Assembly: GCA_045638385.1 (NCBI GenBank)
Contig: JAZUBI010000123.1
Coordinates: 1-60,880 of the forward strand
Source: Eubacteriales bacterium
GTDB lineage: Bacteria > Bacillota > Clostridia > Oscillospirales > CAG-272
Length of the DNA: 60,880 nucleotides
Direction of reading: 5' to 3'
In this document: positions 29,006 through 39,573 of the stretch, piece by piece
How the letters are laid out: every line of letters starts with the position of its first letter
Position numbering within the stretch: the first letter of the stretch is position 1
Notes under the pieces: generated by a model
What the model was told of the DNA's origin: nothing
Seen by the model: the letters and a program-made list of their open reading frames with translations, nothing else
Database searches by the model: none
Made by a program: the position numbers and the translations under genes

Positions 29006-30343
29006 ATGGCAATCAAATTAAGCGATAAGTATTTGAAGGACTTTATTGCAGAGCATGAATATGAAAATATACAGACCGCTGTAAGCGCGGCTCACCGCCA
29101 GATCATTGACAGAAACGGCGCCGGAAATGATTTTCTCGGTTGGATCGACCTCCCCGAAAATTATGACAAGGAAGAATTTGCAAGAATCAAGGTTGCGGCT
29201 GAAAAGATCAAAAAGAGCTGTGATGTGCTTGTTGTTATCGGTATCGGCGGATCCTACCTCGGTGCTCCTGCCGCTATCGAGTTTTTGAAGTCTGATAAGT
29301 ACAACTGCCTTAAGAAGGACACACCCGATGTCTACTTTGCAGGTTGCGATATAAGCGCGGTTTCTATGGCTGAGATTCTCGAGGTCTGCGAGGGACGCGA
29401 CGTTTGCATTAACGTTATCTCGAAGTCGGGAACCACCACCGAGCCCGCAGTTGCGTTCAGAGTATTCCGTGAGCTTCTTGAAAACAAGTACGGCAAGGAT
29501 GGAGCAAAAGAGAGAATTTTCGTTACCACCGATAAGGCAAGAGGAACTCTTAAGAGCTTCTCCGACGAGGCGGGATACGAGACATTCGTTGTTCCGGATG
29601 ACGTTGGAGGCCGTTTTTCTGTTCTCACCGCGGTAGGACTTCTTCCCATTGCTGTTGCAGGTATTGACATTGACGAGCTTATGAAGGGCGCGGCTGATGC
29701 ACGTCTTGCATATCGCGACGAGGATATAAACAAGAACGACGCTTACAAGTATGCGGCTATCAGAAACATTCTTTACAGAAAGGGTCTGACTACCGAGATC
29801 CTTGTTGGTTACGAGTCTTACGCAAAGATGCTCAACGAGTGGTGGAAGCAGCTTTACGGTGAGAGCGAGGGTAAGGACAAGAGAGGAATTTTCCCCGCAT
29901 CGGTTATCTTCTCGACAGATCTCCACTCTCTCGGGCAGTATATACAGGACGGTGTCAGAAATCTCTTTGAGACAGTTCTTGCTGTTGAGGATAACGGAGT
30001 CGAGTTCAAGATCCCTCACGATCCCAATAACATTGACGGACTCAATTTCCTTTCCGGCGTTGATCTCAACGTTGTAAAGAAGACAGCCATGCAGGGAACA
30101 CTTCTTGCTCACGTTGACGGCGGTGTACCCAACATTCTTATCGAGCTTAAGGACAGAAGCGCATACTCGCTCGGATACATTTTCTACTTCTTCGAGCTTG
30201 CTTGCGCACTCTCCGGCTATATGCTGGGCGTTAACCCCTTTAACCAGCCCGGTGTTGAGGCGTACAAGAAAAACATGTTCGCGCTTCTCGGCAAGCCCGG
30301 ATATGAGGATATGAAGGCTGCTCTTGAGGAAAAGTTGAAATAA
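29006..30343 (+). CDS. pgi: Glucose-6-phosphate isomerase
   Basis: [40 protein letters not shown]. Confidence 0.98.
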   Translation: MAIKLSDKYLKDFIAEHEYENIQTAVSAAHRQIIDRNGAGNDFLGWIDLPENYDKEEFARIKVAAEKIKKSCDVLVVIGIGGSYLGAPAAIEFLKSDKYNCLKKDTPDVYFAGCDISAVSMAEILEVCEGRDVCINVISKSGTTTEPAVAFRVFRELLENKYGKDGAKERIFVTTDKARGTLKSFSDEAGYETFVVPDDVGGRFSVLTAVGLLPIAVAGIDIDELMKGAADARLAYRDEDINKNDAYKYAAIRNILYRKGLTTEILVGYESYAKMLNEWWKQLYGESEGKDKRGIFPASVIFSTDLHSLGQYIQDGVRNLFETVLAVEDNGVEFKIPHDPNNIDGLNFLSGVDLNVVKKTAMQGTLLAHVDGGVPNILIELKDRSAYSLGYIFYFFELACALSGYMLGVNPFNQPGVEAYKKNMFALLGKPGYEDMKAALEEKLK

Positions 30344-30368
30344 TTTTGCACAAATTTTCAAAAAATAC

Positions 30369-30397
30369 TTGCAAGTTATTGTAAACTATGCTATAAT
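30369..30397 (+). promoter_or_regulatory. sigmaA promoter
   Basis: TTGCAA-17bp-TATAAT with TG. Confidence 0.75.
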
Positions 30398-30472
30398 ATA
30401 TCCACGGAAGATAAATTTCGTAAGAAATCCAAAAATAAACAAAGCCGTAACGTACGGCAGAGGAGGACATTT

Positions 30473-30880
30473 ATGCTCAAATTGATCATTGGCGTTAAGG
30501 GAACGGGCAAGACAAAGACACTCATTTCTATGGTAAACGAGGCTTCTGAAAAGTCTGAGGGAACTGTTGTATGTGTTGAAAAGGGAGTAGGACTCCGCTT
30601 TGACGTTAAGTATACTGTACGTCTTATCAATACTAACGATTATCTCATTTTTGATGCTCAGTCTCTCTATGGATTTGTAGCAGGTATGCTTGCCAGCAAC
30701 CATGACGTAACAGATCTCTTTATAGATTCGGCACTTAAGATTGCTAACAATGACATCGCAGGCTTCGAGAGCTTTGTAAAGGCTGTTGACGAGCTTTCAA
30801 ACAAGCTTGGTGTTAATGTTGTTATTACCTCTTCCATTCCTGCTGAAGAGGCAAGTGATCTCGTAAAGAAGTACATCTGA
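30473..30880 (+). CDS. Small P-loop protein of unknown function
   Basis: N-terminal GVKGTGKT (Walker A), LFIDS (Walker B-like), strong GGAGG RBS. Confidence 0.75.
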   Translation: MLKLIIGVKGTGKTKTLISMVNEASEKSEGTVVCVEKGVGLRFDVKYTVRLINTNDYLIFDAQSLYGFVAGMLASNHDVTDLFIDSALKIANNDIAGFESFVKAVDELSNKLGVNVVITSSIPAEEASDLVKKYI

Positions 30881-30974
30881 TAACAGAATAGGCATTGGCT
30901 AAAATGCCATGCTGCCAAGGGGTGCGAGCAGATGACTGTCCGCACCCCTCAAGCGTTTAAATGGGGGAGTTCAA

Positions 30975-31457
30975 ATGAATACTAAGATACTTAAAATACT
31001 TGCAAAAAATGCCCGCACCTCGGTTGAGGATATTGCTCTTATGACGGGCATGGCTGAAAATGAGGTAGCTAATGAAATGCGTGAGCTTGAGGAGGCAGGG
31101 CTTATAAGAGGATACAAGACCGTTATCGACTGGGAAAAGCTTGATAATGCTTACGTTTCCGCGCTTATTGAGCTTAAGGTTGTTCCTCAGGACAAATACG
31201 GCTTTGAGAAGATAGCGGAAACCGTTATGAAATACCCCGAGGTAGAGAGCGTTTATCTTATGTCGGGAGCATATGACCTTTGCGTTATAGTAAAGGGCAA
31301 GACCTTTCAGGAGGTCGCTATGTTCGTAGCAAAGGAGCTTGCGACCATGTCCTGTGTGACCGGCACATCTACCCACTTTGTCCTCAGAAGATACAAGGAG
31401 CTTGACGTAGAGCTTATCAAGACAGAGGATGATGACAGAGGCGCGTATTCATTATGA
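30975..31457 (+). CDS. Lrp/AsnC family transcriptional regulator (YugG-like)
   Basis: N-terminal HTH (LAKNARTS), YLMSGAYDL, THFVLRRYK. Confidence 0.92.
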   Translation: MNTKILKILAKNARTSVEDIALMTGMAENEVANEMRELEEAGLIRGYKTVIDWEKLDNAYVSALIELKVVPQDKYGFEKIAETVMKYPEVESVYLMSGAYDLCVIVKGKTFQEVAMFVAKELATMSCVTGTSTHFVLRRYKELDVELIKTEDDDRGAYSL

Positions 31458-32629
31458 TGGATTACAGCAAGGTTTTAAATCCTACGGTTGCGAATGACAT
31501 AAAGCCTTCCGGTATAAGGAAATTTTTTGATATTGCCGCCAGCATGGAGGGCGTTATTTCGCTTGGAGTCGGAGAGCCCGATTTTCCAACACCATGGCAT
31601 ATCAGGCGCGCAGGAATAAGATCGCTTGAAGAAAGCAAGACAAGGTACACCTCTAACGCGGGAATACTCGAGCTTCGCACGGAGATCTGCGCGTTTTTAA
31701 AGAGGAGGTATTCACTTGAATACTCGCCTCGGGACGAGGTGCTTATAACAGTTGGCGGAAGTGAGGGTATAGATACCGCTATCAGAGCCTTGGTAGGCTT
31801 TGGAGACGAGGTGATAATTCCTCAGCCAAGCTTTGTTTGCTATGAGCCTATCGTCAGATTGGCGGGCGGTATTCCTGTTATAGTGGAGCTTAAGGAGGAA
31901 AACGAGTTCAGACTCACTGCCGAGGAGCTTCGTGCGGCTATAACCGATAAAACAAAGCTTTTGGTATTTCCTTTTCCATGCAATCCTACCGGAGCTATAA
32001 TGGAACGGGATGATCTTGAGAGCATTGCTGAGGTCTTGCGCGGCACAGACATATGTGTTTTGTCGGATGAGATATATTCTGAGCTTACATACGGTGATTC
32101 AAAGCATATCTCGGTCGCATCGATTGACGGTATGAAGGAGAGGACCGTGGTTATAAACGGTTTTTCAAAAACATATTCAATGACGGGATGGAGAATGGGG
32201 TATGCCTGCGGTCCTGCACCCATAATAGCGCAGATGACCAAAATACACCAGTTTGCCATTATGAGCGCTCCCACAACGTCGCAATACGCGGCTGTTGAGG
32301 CAATAAGAAACGGAGACGCGGATATAGAGAATATGCTCGGCGAATATGATATGAGGCGCAGGCTTATGGTAGGCGGATTTAATAAAATGGGTCTATACTG
32401 CTTTGAGCCTAAGGGGGCGTTTTACGCCTTTCCGTCCATCAAAATTTCGGGTATGGACAGCGAGACGTTCTGTGAAACGCTTTTGCGTGAAAAGAAGGTT
32501 GCACTTGTGCCCGGAAATGCCTTTGGAGACTGCGGAGAAGGGTTTGTGAGAGCCTCGTATTGCTACTCCACGTCACATATAAGAGAAGCTCTGTCAAGAA
32601 TCGAAGAGTTTTTAAAAGAAATAAAATGA
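31454..32629 (+). CDS. PLP-dependent aminotransferase class I/II (YugH-like)
   Basis: LGVGEPDF, PCNPTG, SDEIY, FSKTYSMTGWRMG. Confidence 0.93.
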   Translation: MMDYSKVLNPTVANDIKPSGIRKFFDIAASMEGVISLGVGEPDFPTPWHIRRAGIRSLEESKTRYTSNAGILELRTEICAFLKRRYSLEYSPRDEVLITVGGSEGIDTAIRALVGFGDEVIIPQPSFVCYEPIVRLAGGIPVIVELKEENEFRLTAEELRAAITDKTKLLVFPFPCNPTGAIMERDDLESIAEVLRGTDICVLSDEIYSELTYGDSKHISVASIDGMKERTVVINGFSKTYSMTGWRMGYACGPAPIIAQMTKIHQFAIMSAPTTSQYAAVEAIRNGDADIENMLGEYDMRRRLMVGGFNKMGLYCFEPKGAFYAFPSIKISGMDSETFCETLLREKKVALVPGNAFGDCGEGFVRASYCYSTSHIREALSRIEEFLKEIK

Positions 32630-32664
32630 GAAAAGAGCCGCTTTGCGGTTAAGAGGAAATTTCA

Positions 32665-33450
32665 ATGAAAAAGGCGGATAAGTCCGTTTTGAAAAAATGG
32701 ATATGGTTGGCTGTGATTGTCTCGGTCGTTTTGTATTCGATCAACGGATTTGCTATTGCAAAGATAGTGGAGATCGCATCCAATAACGTTGTATATGCCG
32801 AAAGTGCGGCTCCGATCTTGCTTGAATTTTTGGGTGAGATATTTGAGGTGTGCGCGATATCACTTTGTTACGCAATTCTTTTGCTTGCAATTTACAAGTG
32901 GGAAACTCAGGGAGTCGGCAAGGTATTTGTAATGTTCGGATCGGTTACGTTCTATAAGTACTGCACCACGGTTGTAATGGGATGGATAGGGAACGGAAGT
33001 GTTCCGCTTCTCTGGTTAGTGGACCTCGTTTGGATACTGCTCTATACCGGACTTGAGCTCATACAGCTGATGATCATATACAAAATATCCAAGAAGATCA
33101 TACTCAAGTTTACAGAGGAAAGAAACTTTGTAAAAAGAGCGGCAGAGCGTATAACATCATCAAACGTGGAGGTGCCACCCCACGCATATCTTTTTGAAAA
33201 GGTGTTTGATAAGAAAAATTGCCTTTTGAAATCTGCGTATGTTTGTGCATTGGTTACCTATATTGCAAAGTTTGCAGGAACCTTGATCTCGGATGTTTTG
33301 GTCATAATAGAATCAGGATTTCCTAAAGAGTCAGTAACGTGGCTTTTCTTGGCAATAGTGTACATATCGCAAATAATATTTGGATTTATGTGTTACTTTT
33401 TCGTTTATGCATCACTCTCATCTCTTTCTCAAAAATTAGAAAAAAATTAA
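32665..33450 (+). CDS. Hypothetical multi-pass membrane protein
   Basis: About six hydrophobic segments, GAGG RBS, followed by a terminator. Confidence 0.7.
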   Translation: MKKADKSVLKKWIWLAVIVSVVLYSINGFAIAKIVEIASNNVVYAESAAPILLEFLGEIFEVCAISLCYAILLLAIYKWETQGVGKVFVMFGSVTFYKYCTTVVMGWIGNGSVPLLWLVDLVWILLYTGLELIQLMIIYKISKKIILKFTEERNFVKRAAERITSSNVEVPPHAYLFEKVFDKKNCLLKSAYVCALVTYIAKFAGTLISDVLVIIESGFPKESVTWLFLAIVYISQIIFGFMCYFFVYASLSSLSQKLEKN

Positions 33451-33454
33451 AGGA

Positions 33455-33490
33455 AAATTGCCTCCGATGGAGGCAATTTTTTTATTTTTT
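33455..33490 (+). terminator. Intrinsic terminator
   Basis: aaaattgcctcc-gat-ggaggcaatttt followed by a T tract. Confidence 0.85.
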
Positions 33491-33708
33491 TGTAAATTTT
33501 TCAAAAACTTTTTCAAAGCTGTAAAATATTGGTCGGAAAAGCGAGAAAAAGTGCAAATTATTTCGTGAGAAATGAAGAAAACTCTTGACTTGACGGCCTA
33601 TTATCTGTTATAATATACTGAATAGTATATATTTATAATTAAAATCGCGTAGTGTGCGCACGCGCGAGGATGACAATAAACACTCGTATTGACGAAAGGA
33701 AAAAGAAG

Positions 33709-34668
33709 ATGTTTGGACGGATAGGCGATCTTTGGGAGCGAATAACCGATTTTTTTATGGATTACATTGTATTTCCATTTGCTAATGTCACTGTTATCAA
33801 TGTGCTTGATATTGTGATATTGGCTTGCTTGCTGTATATCTTGTACAAGTTCATAAGGGATAGGCATGCGTCAAGAATACTTACGGGATTCGCATTGCTT
33901 CTTGTGTTATACGTTCTCAGTGACATATTGGATATGGTTGCGATAAATTCTATCCTGCAGACATTCTATGCTGTCGGAATTATAGCGCTCTGTATCATCT
34001 TCCAGCCCGAGCTTCGCGATATGCTTGAGGAGTTTGGATCGACTACATCTGCTAATCTTAAAAGAATAGGTCACAGACAGTCTGTCGATCAGGATGCGGT
34101 TTTCCACACGGTTGAGGAGATATCCGCTGCTGCGTTTGAGCTTTCAAGTAAGGGAGAGGGCGCGCTTATTGTCATTGAGAGAACGGGTAGACTTCACAAC
34201 CAGATGACAGAAGGCACTCCGATAGATGCGATAGTTTCCCGTCAGCTTCTTTGCAATATTTTCGTAAACAGATCCCCTCTTCACGACGGTGCTGTGATAA
34301 TCAGAAATGACAGAATCGTCTCGGCGTCCTGCAAGTCGAAAACAATTTCGGGAGCAGAGAACGTTGCAGAGGGTCTTGGTACCCGTCACCGCGCGGCGAT
34401 CAGAATAAGCGAGATAAGCGATGCGATCGTGGTGGTTGTTTCAGAGGAGACCGGAAATATATCGATCGCCAACAACAAGCTGCTCAATCGCGATTACAAC
34501 GATATCGGTAAGGGCGGCAAGCACAAGTCAAACGATTTGAGAGATGACCTTTACAAGCTTATGACGGGTAAGCAGATAACAGAGGACGGTAACATTGAAA
34601 AAACCGAAACCGTCAAAACACCCGGAAGAAAAAAGAAGAATGTGAAAGGAGAGGATAAAGCGGAATGA
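33709..34668 (+). CDS. cdaA: Diadenylate cyclase CdaA
   Basis: Three N-terminal TM segments, FQPELR, HDGA and GTRHRAA catalytic motifs, VSEETG. Confidence 0.95.
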   Translation: MFGRIGDLWERITDFFMDYIVFPFANVTVINVLDIVILACLLYILYKFIRDRHASRILTGFALLLVLYVLSDILDMVAINSILQTFYAVGIIALCIIFQPELRDMLEEFGSTTSANLKRIGHRQSVDQDAVFHTVEEISAAAFELSSKGEGALIVIERTGRLHNQMTEGTPIDAIVSRQLLCNIFVNRSPLHDGAVIIRNDRIVSASCKSKTISGAENVAEGLGTRHRAAIRISEISDAIVVVVSEETGNISIANNKLLNRDYNDIGKGGKHKSNDLRDDLYKLMTGKQITEDGNIEKTETVKTPGRKKKNVKGEDKAE

Positions 34669-35639
34669 AGCGATACGACTTTATAAAAGAAAAAGACGAG
34701 AACGGAAATGAGAGCATAAGCGTATCGGATAAGCCGAAGAGAAAGCTTGATCTTTTCCCGAGACTTATTTGTCTTCTTGTCGCGGCGGTCATTTGGCTGT
34801 GGATGGTCAATTTCAATGACACCGATGTTGCCGAGACTATGGTCCTTGATATTCAGATAGTGGGACTTGAATCGCTTGAGGATAACGGTATGATGATTTA
34901 CGGTCTTGATAAAAAGGAGATCACAGTTACCGTTACCGGATCAAACAGAGATCTTAAGAAATACAGCAAGGGCGAGTATCAGGTTACTGTTGATGTGAGC
35001 GGAATAAGAGAGGTCGGTCACCACACGCTTCCTCTTTCGATAATTACTCCCGAAGGAAGCAGCTTGACTCTTTCAGAATCCGAGATCCCGAACGTCAGCT
35101 TCTATGCGGACGAGATCGGAACATACACTGTTCCATTGACTGTGGTAACTCCCGACGTGCTTGAGCAGGGAACTCTGAAATACTCATACGAGTGCGCGTT
35201 TGTAGGAGAGATCACCATAAAGGGTGCAAAGAGCCAGCTTAAGCATATTGTTTCCGCAAGATTCAACGTTGACGGAAGCTTTGCACAGTACGAGGATTCG
35301 AGAACGTTCTCAGGATTTATGCCCACGTTCTACGATACAAACCTTATTCCCGTGGTTGTCGATGAGAGTGCGATCATAGAGTGCTCGACAGACGGAATCG
35401 AGGTTATAGTTAATGCTATTGAGCATAAGAACGTTGACGTATACGTTAACGGAGAGAAGCTTGTCGGACAGTCTGTTGAGATATGGGGAGCTCCGTCTGT
35501 TATAAGAGAAGTGAATGCATGCAGAATATCGGTAGATCTTGGCGAGTCCGGCACGGTAACCACATACACGGTATCTGATAAGGACTTCCCGAACGGTGTA
35601 TATTTTAAGGAAAATACAGTTATAACGATCGAAGGCTGA
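34665..35639 (+). CDS. cdaR: CdaR/YbbR-like regulator
   Basis: TM (LICLLVAAVIWLWMV), YbbR-like beta repeats, overlaps the cdaA stop codon. Confidence 0.8.
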   Translation: MKRYDFIKEKDENGNESISVSDKPKRKLDLFPRLICLLVAAVIWLWMVNFNDTDVAETMVLDIQIVGLESLEDNGMMIYGLDKKEITVTVTGSNRDLKKYSKGEYQVTVDVSGIREVGHHTLPLSIITPEGSSLTLSESEIPNVSFYADEIGTYTVPLTVVTPDVLEQGTLKYSYECAFVGEITIKGAKSQLKHIVSARFNVDGSFAQYEDSRTFSGFMPTFYDTNLIPVVVDESAIIECSTDGIEVIVNAIEHKNVDVYVNGEKLVGQSVEIWGAPSVIREVNACRISVDLGESGTVTTYTVSDKDFPNGVYFKENTVITIEG

Positions 35640-35644
35640 GTGGT

Positions 35645-37261
35645 ATGAAGAAGGTATTTGTCATTGACGGAATTGCGATATCTCCGTTTGAGAGCGAGGA
35701 TAAGGTTTTACAGCTCGCTCGCAAGAAGCTTAACAGCGTTGGAATTTCGCATTCGGATTATGAGTTGAATATATACAAAAAGAGTGTAGATGCTCGAAAA
35801 AAAGATAATATAAGGCTCGTCTATTCCGTCTGTGCCAAGTCCCTTGAGGATTCCTCTGCCGACACCGACAGATTTTTGCGTCTCGGTGCGAGAGCGATAG
35901 AGGTGGACGAGCTCCTGATAACGACAGGAAAGGAAAGCATGAATGCGCGTCCTCTTGTCGTAGGAATGGGACCTGCGGGGCTTTTCTGCGCTCTTATACT
36001 TGCCGAAAACGGTTACAGACCGATAATTATCGACCGCGGTGACAGTATTGCGGACAGAGTTCGTTCTGTTGAACGCTTTTGTACAGAAAGAGTGCTTGAC
36101 ACCGAGTCGAACATTCAATTCGGTGCAGGCGGTGCGGGCACGTTTTCTGACGGCAAGCTGCTCACAAGAATAAACGACCCCAAATGCACTTACGTTCTTG
36201 AGACGCTCCGCCGTTTCGGTGCGCCCGATGAGGTTACCGTGAAGGCGAAGCCTCACATCGGTACCGATATTCTTAGGAACGTTGTAGATAATATGCTTGG
36301 ACATATTGAGAAGCTTGGCGGAAGTGTAATTTACCGTTGCAAGCTTACTGACATTGTTGACAAGGGAGAGACCTGCGTTGCGAAGACCACAAAGGGCGAC
36401 TTTGAGTGCTCTGCTTTGGTCTTAGCCCTCGGACACAGTGCCAGGGATACATATGAGATGCTCCTGGGTAATAATTTCAGCCTGATCGCGAAGCCTATCT
36501 CGGTCGGAGTGAGAATAGAGCACAAGCGCAGCTTTATAGAGGAGATGCTTTACGGCAGACTTGCAGGTCATCCTTCGCTTGGCGCAGCTGAATACGCTTT
36601 GTCCGATACGAAGAGTGACAGAGGAGTTTACACCTTCTGCATGTGCCCCGGAGGCGAGGTCGTTGCCGCCGCGAGCGAGGAGGGTGGAGTTGTTGTAAAC
36701 GGTATGAGCTCCTACGCGAGAAGTGGTGAAAATTCCAATTCCGCAGTTGCGGTTTCTATAAAGACAGAGGATTTTGAAGCTGTTGACGGAAGCGAGGTCT
36801 TGGGAGCCATAAAATATCAAAGAGACATAGAGAGAGCCGCATTCAGAGCGGGTGGCGGAGATTACCGCGTTCCCGTGCAGACGGTGGGCGATTTTATGTC
36901 GGGCAAAAGGGGAAGTGAGCCGACTTCCGTTATGCCGTCTTATATGGGAGGAAACAGCTATAAGCTTTCGTCTATGGATGATATCTTCCCAAGCTACGTT
37001 ACAAATTCGTTGAGATATGCACTCGGCTCATTCGATAAAAAAATAAAAGGCTTTGCAATGAATGAGGCAGTACTGTCCGGAGCTGAAACGAGAACATCAT
37101 CTCCCGTACGCATACTTCGTACGGAGGATATGAGAGCATTGGGCAAGGCCAACATATATCCCTGCGGAGAAGGCGCGGGATATGCGGGAGGAATTACGAG
37201 CGCGGCGGTTGACGGTATAAAGACCGCTATTGCCATTGCATCGAGATTTTCACCCTTTTGA
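35645..37261 (+). CDS. FAD-dependent oxidoreductase
   Basis: GMGPAG, GAGTFSDGKL, FCMCPGG, ETRTSSP, GEGAGYAGGI. Confidence 0.9.
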   Translation: MKKVFVIDGIAISPFESEDKVLQLARKKLNSVGISHSDYELNIYKKSVDARKKDNIRLVYSVCAKSLEDSSADTDRFLRLGARAIEVDELLITTGKESMNARPLVVGMGPAGLFCALILAENGYRPIIIDRGDSIADRVRSVERFCTERVLDTESNIQFGAGGAGTFSDGKLLTRINDPKCTYVLETLRRFGAPDEVTVKAKPHIGTDILRNVVDNMLGHIEKLGGSVIYRCKLTDIVDKGETCVAKTTKGDFECSALVLALGHSARDTYEMLLGNNFSLIAKPISVGVRIEHKRSFIEEMLYGRLAGHPSLGAAEYALSDTKSDRGVYTFCMCPGGEVVAAASEEGGVVVNGMSSYARSGENSNSAVAVSIKTEDFEAVDGSEVLGAIKYQRDIERAAFRAGGGDYRVPVQTVGDFMSGKRGSEPTSVMPSYMGGNSYKLSSMDDIFPSYVTNSLRYALGSFDKKIKGFAMNEAVLSGAETRTSSPVRILRTEDMRALGKANIYPCGEGAGYAGGITSAAVDGIKTAIAIASRFSPF

Positions 37262-37293
37262 ATAATACGGAATAATAAAAAATTGGAGATATA

Positions 37294-39495
37294 ATGAACG
37301 AAAATCTAAAGAAGAAGGTGTGGTCGCGGAGGTATACGCCGGGAAACACCGAGACAGATGCCTTGATCGGAAATTTGGCTCGTGACTTGAATATTTCAAG
37401 GATTGCGGCAACTCTGATTTATAACAGAGGATTTTCCGACTCAAAGCGAGGAAGAGAATTTATGAATCCGTCAGAGGAGATCTTGCACGATCCCTTTCTG
37501 ATGAAGGATATGGACAAGGCGGTAAGGAGGGTGTCCGAGTCGATTGAGCGCGGAGACAAAATAACCGTGTACGGAGATTATGACGTGGACGGAGTTACCT
37601 CGGTGACCTTGCTATATCTTTACCTGAAGTCCTTGGGTGCAGACGTGGATTATTACATACCGCTTCGCGCCAAGGAGGGATACGGCGTCTCAAAGGGCGC
37701 TATTGAAACGCTTGCCGAAAACGGTACAAAGCTGATAATTACGGTTGACACCGGCATAACCGCCAACAAGGAGGTTGAGTTTGCCAAGGAGCTTGGAATC
37801 GATACCGTAATAACAGATCACCACGAATGTCACGGAGAGCTTCCTCTGGCCTGTGCGGTGGTCAATCCTCACAGACCTGATTGCAATTATCCCTTCTGCG
37901 AGCTTGCGGGAGTTGGAGTTGTCTTTAAATTCGTGTGCGGATATGAGATCGCGAGATCTCCCATGATCGATCCCATCGAGGCTGTCAGATGCATATGCTC
38001 ACAGTATATCGATCTTGTGGCGGTCGGTACGGTTGCCGATGTAATGCCTCTTATCGATGAGAACAGAGTTATCGTTAAGTACGGTCTTGCTACGATCGAT
38101 TCGGGCGCGCGAATCGGTCTCGCCGCGCTTATTGAGGCGGCGAACAATGCCAGTAACGCTAACAGCGTAAAGAGCACTGCGGATAAGAACGCTAAAAAGC
38201 GCAAGATCAATTCAGGATATATAAGCTTCTCGCTGGCTCCGAGAATCAATGCGGCCGGACGAATAAGCTCCGCATCAAAGGCGGTCGAGCTTCTTTTGTC
38301 TGATGATGAGGAGATAGCATATTCACTTGCAGAGGAGCTTTGCGAGATAAACCAGATAAGACAGCGCGTTGAGAACCATATAGCCGATGAAGCATACCAG
38401 ATGATCGAAGAATCGCACGATTTTAAGCGTGATAAGGTCATAGTTCTTGAAAATGACGAATGGGAGCAGGGAATAATCGGAATAGTATCCTCGCGAATTA
38501 CTGAAAAATACGGCCTCCCGTCAATTCTTATTTCCTTTGCGGGCGCAACCACCGGTGACAGCAATCCTTTGGATGTGGGAAAGGGATCGGGAAGAAGCGT
38601 TAAAGGAATGAATCTCGTTGATGCGCTTGGTCATTGCAGAGAGCATCTCGTTCAATTCGGAGGACACGAGCTTGCGGCAGGACTTTCGGTTATGAGATGC
38701 AATATTGCCGACTTCCGCAAAATGATAAACGATTATGCAAGAGAGAGCTTTTCCGACGATCTTTTCGTTATGAAGTACGAGGCGGATTGCGATATTCCCA
38801 CCGAGGAGCTTTCAATGGATATTGTTGATGAGATCAGCGCTCTTGAGCCGTTCGGAATTGCCAACCAGACACCTACGTTTATCGTGTCTGATCTGATGCT
38901 TGATAAGGTCATATCGATGGGAGGGGGCAAGCATTCAAAGCTCATGCTCACCTCTAAGGGAAAGACATACACCGCAATATATTTCGGAATGTCTCCAATG
39001 ACATTCGAGTATAGGTTCGGCGAGAGAGTCGACGTTCTCTGTCAGCTTGCGATCAATGAATTCAGAGGTCAGAAGAGCCTTCAGCTGATAGTTCAGGATA
39101 TAAGGCTTTCGTCTGAGTTTGAAGCGGAGCGCAACAGACAAAAGGCGAGATACGCCGAGATAATGAACGGTGCTAATATATCGCGAGACGAGGATATTAT
39201 TCCAACGAGAGCGGACGTGGCGCACGTTTATAAATTTCTGAGATATGAAGGAATGTGCGGACGCAAGGTTTTAACATGCAGAAATTTGCGCTCGGCAATT
39301 TTAGAGCAGACAAGCGTTGATATAAACTATATTAAGCTCAAATTTATTTTAAATATCTTATCCGATATGAAGGTCTGCGAATTCGATTTCTACGCTGAAG
39401 AGATTTTTGAGTTCGAGGTTTGCAAAAACGTACAGAAGAGCAATATCGAGTCGACAGATACCTTTAAAATGCTTGAGAGCATTTGCATATCATAA
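37294..39495 (+). CDS. recJ: Single-stranded DNA exonuclease RecJ
   Basis: GDYDVDG, TVDTG, TDHH, PRINAAGR, GGHELAAG. Confidence 0.98.
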   Translation: MNENLKKKVWSRRYTPGNTETDALIGNLARDLNISRIAATLIYNRGFSDSKRGREFMNPSEEILHDPFLMKDMDKAVRRVSESIERGDKITVYGDYDVDGVTSVTLLYLYLKSLGADVDYYIPLRAKEGYGVSKGAIETLAENGTKLIITVDTGITANKEVEFAKELGIDTVITDHHECHGELPLACAVVNPHRPDCNYPFCELAGVGVVFKFVCGYEIARSPMIDPIEAVRCICSQYIDLVAVGTVADVMPLIDENRVIVKYGLATIDSGARIGLAALIEAANNASNANSVKSTADKNAKKRKINSGYISFSLAPRINAAGRISSASKAVELLLSDDEEIAYSLAEELCEINQIRQRVENHIADEAYQMIEESHDFKRDKVIVLENDEWEQGIIGIVSSRITEKYGLPSILISFAGATTGDSNPLDVGKGSGRSVKGMNLVDALGHCREHLVQFGGHELAAGLSVMRCNIADFRKMINDYARESFSDDLFVMKYEADCDIPTEELSMDIVDEISALEPFGIANQTPTFIVSDLMLDKVISMGGGKHSKLMLTSKGKTYTAIYFGMSPMTFEYRFGERVDVLCQLAINEFRGQKSLQLIVQDIRLSSEFEAERNRQKARYAEIMNGANISRDEDIIPTRADVAHVYKFLRYEGMCGRKVLTCRNLRSAILEQTSVDINYIKLKFILNILSDMKVCEFDFYAEEIFEFEVCKNVQKSNIESTDTFKMLESICIS

Positions 39496-39573
39496 AAGCG
39501 ATACGGCGTCGCAGAAAAGTCTGAAAAGCCGACAAACAGTGCCGGTGCAATAGTGCCGGAAGGAGAATCATCT

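Noticed and set aside
29018-30361. 447-aa ORF antisense to pgi
   Set aside because: It mirrors the pgi reading frame. Biased codon usage in highly expressed genes removes antisense stops, and the translation has no recognisable motifs.
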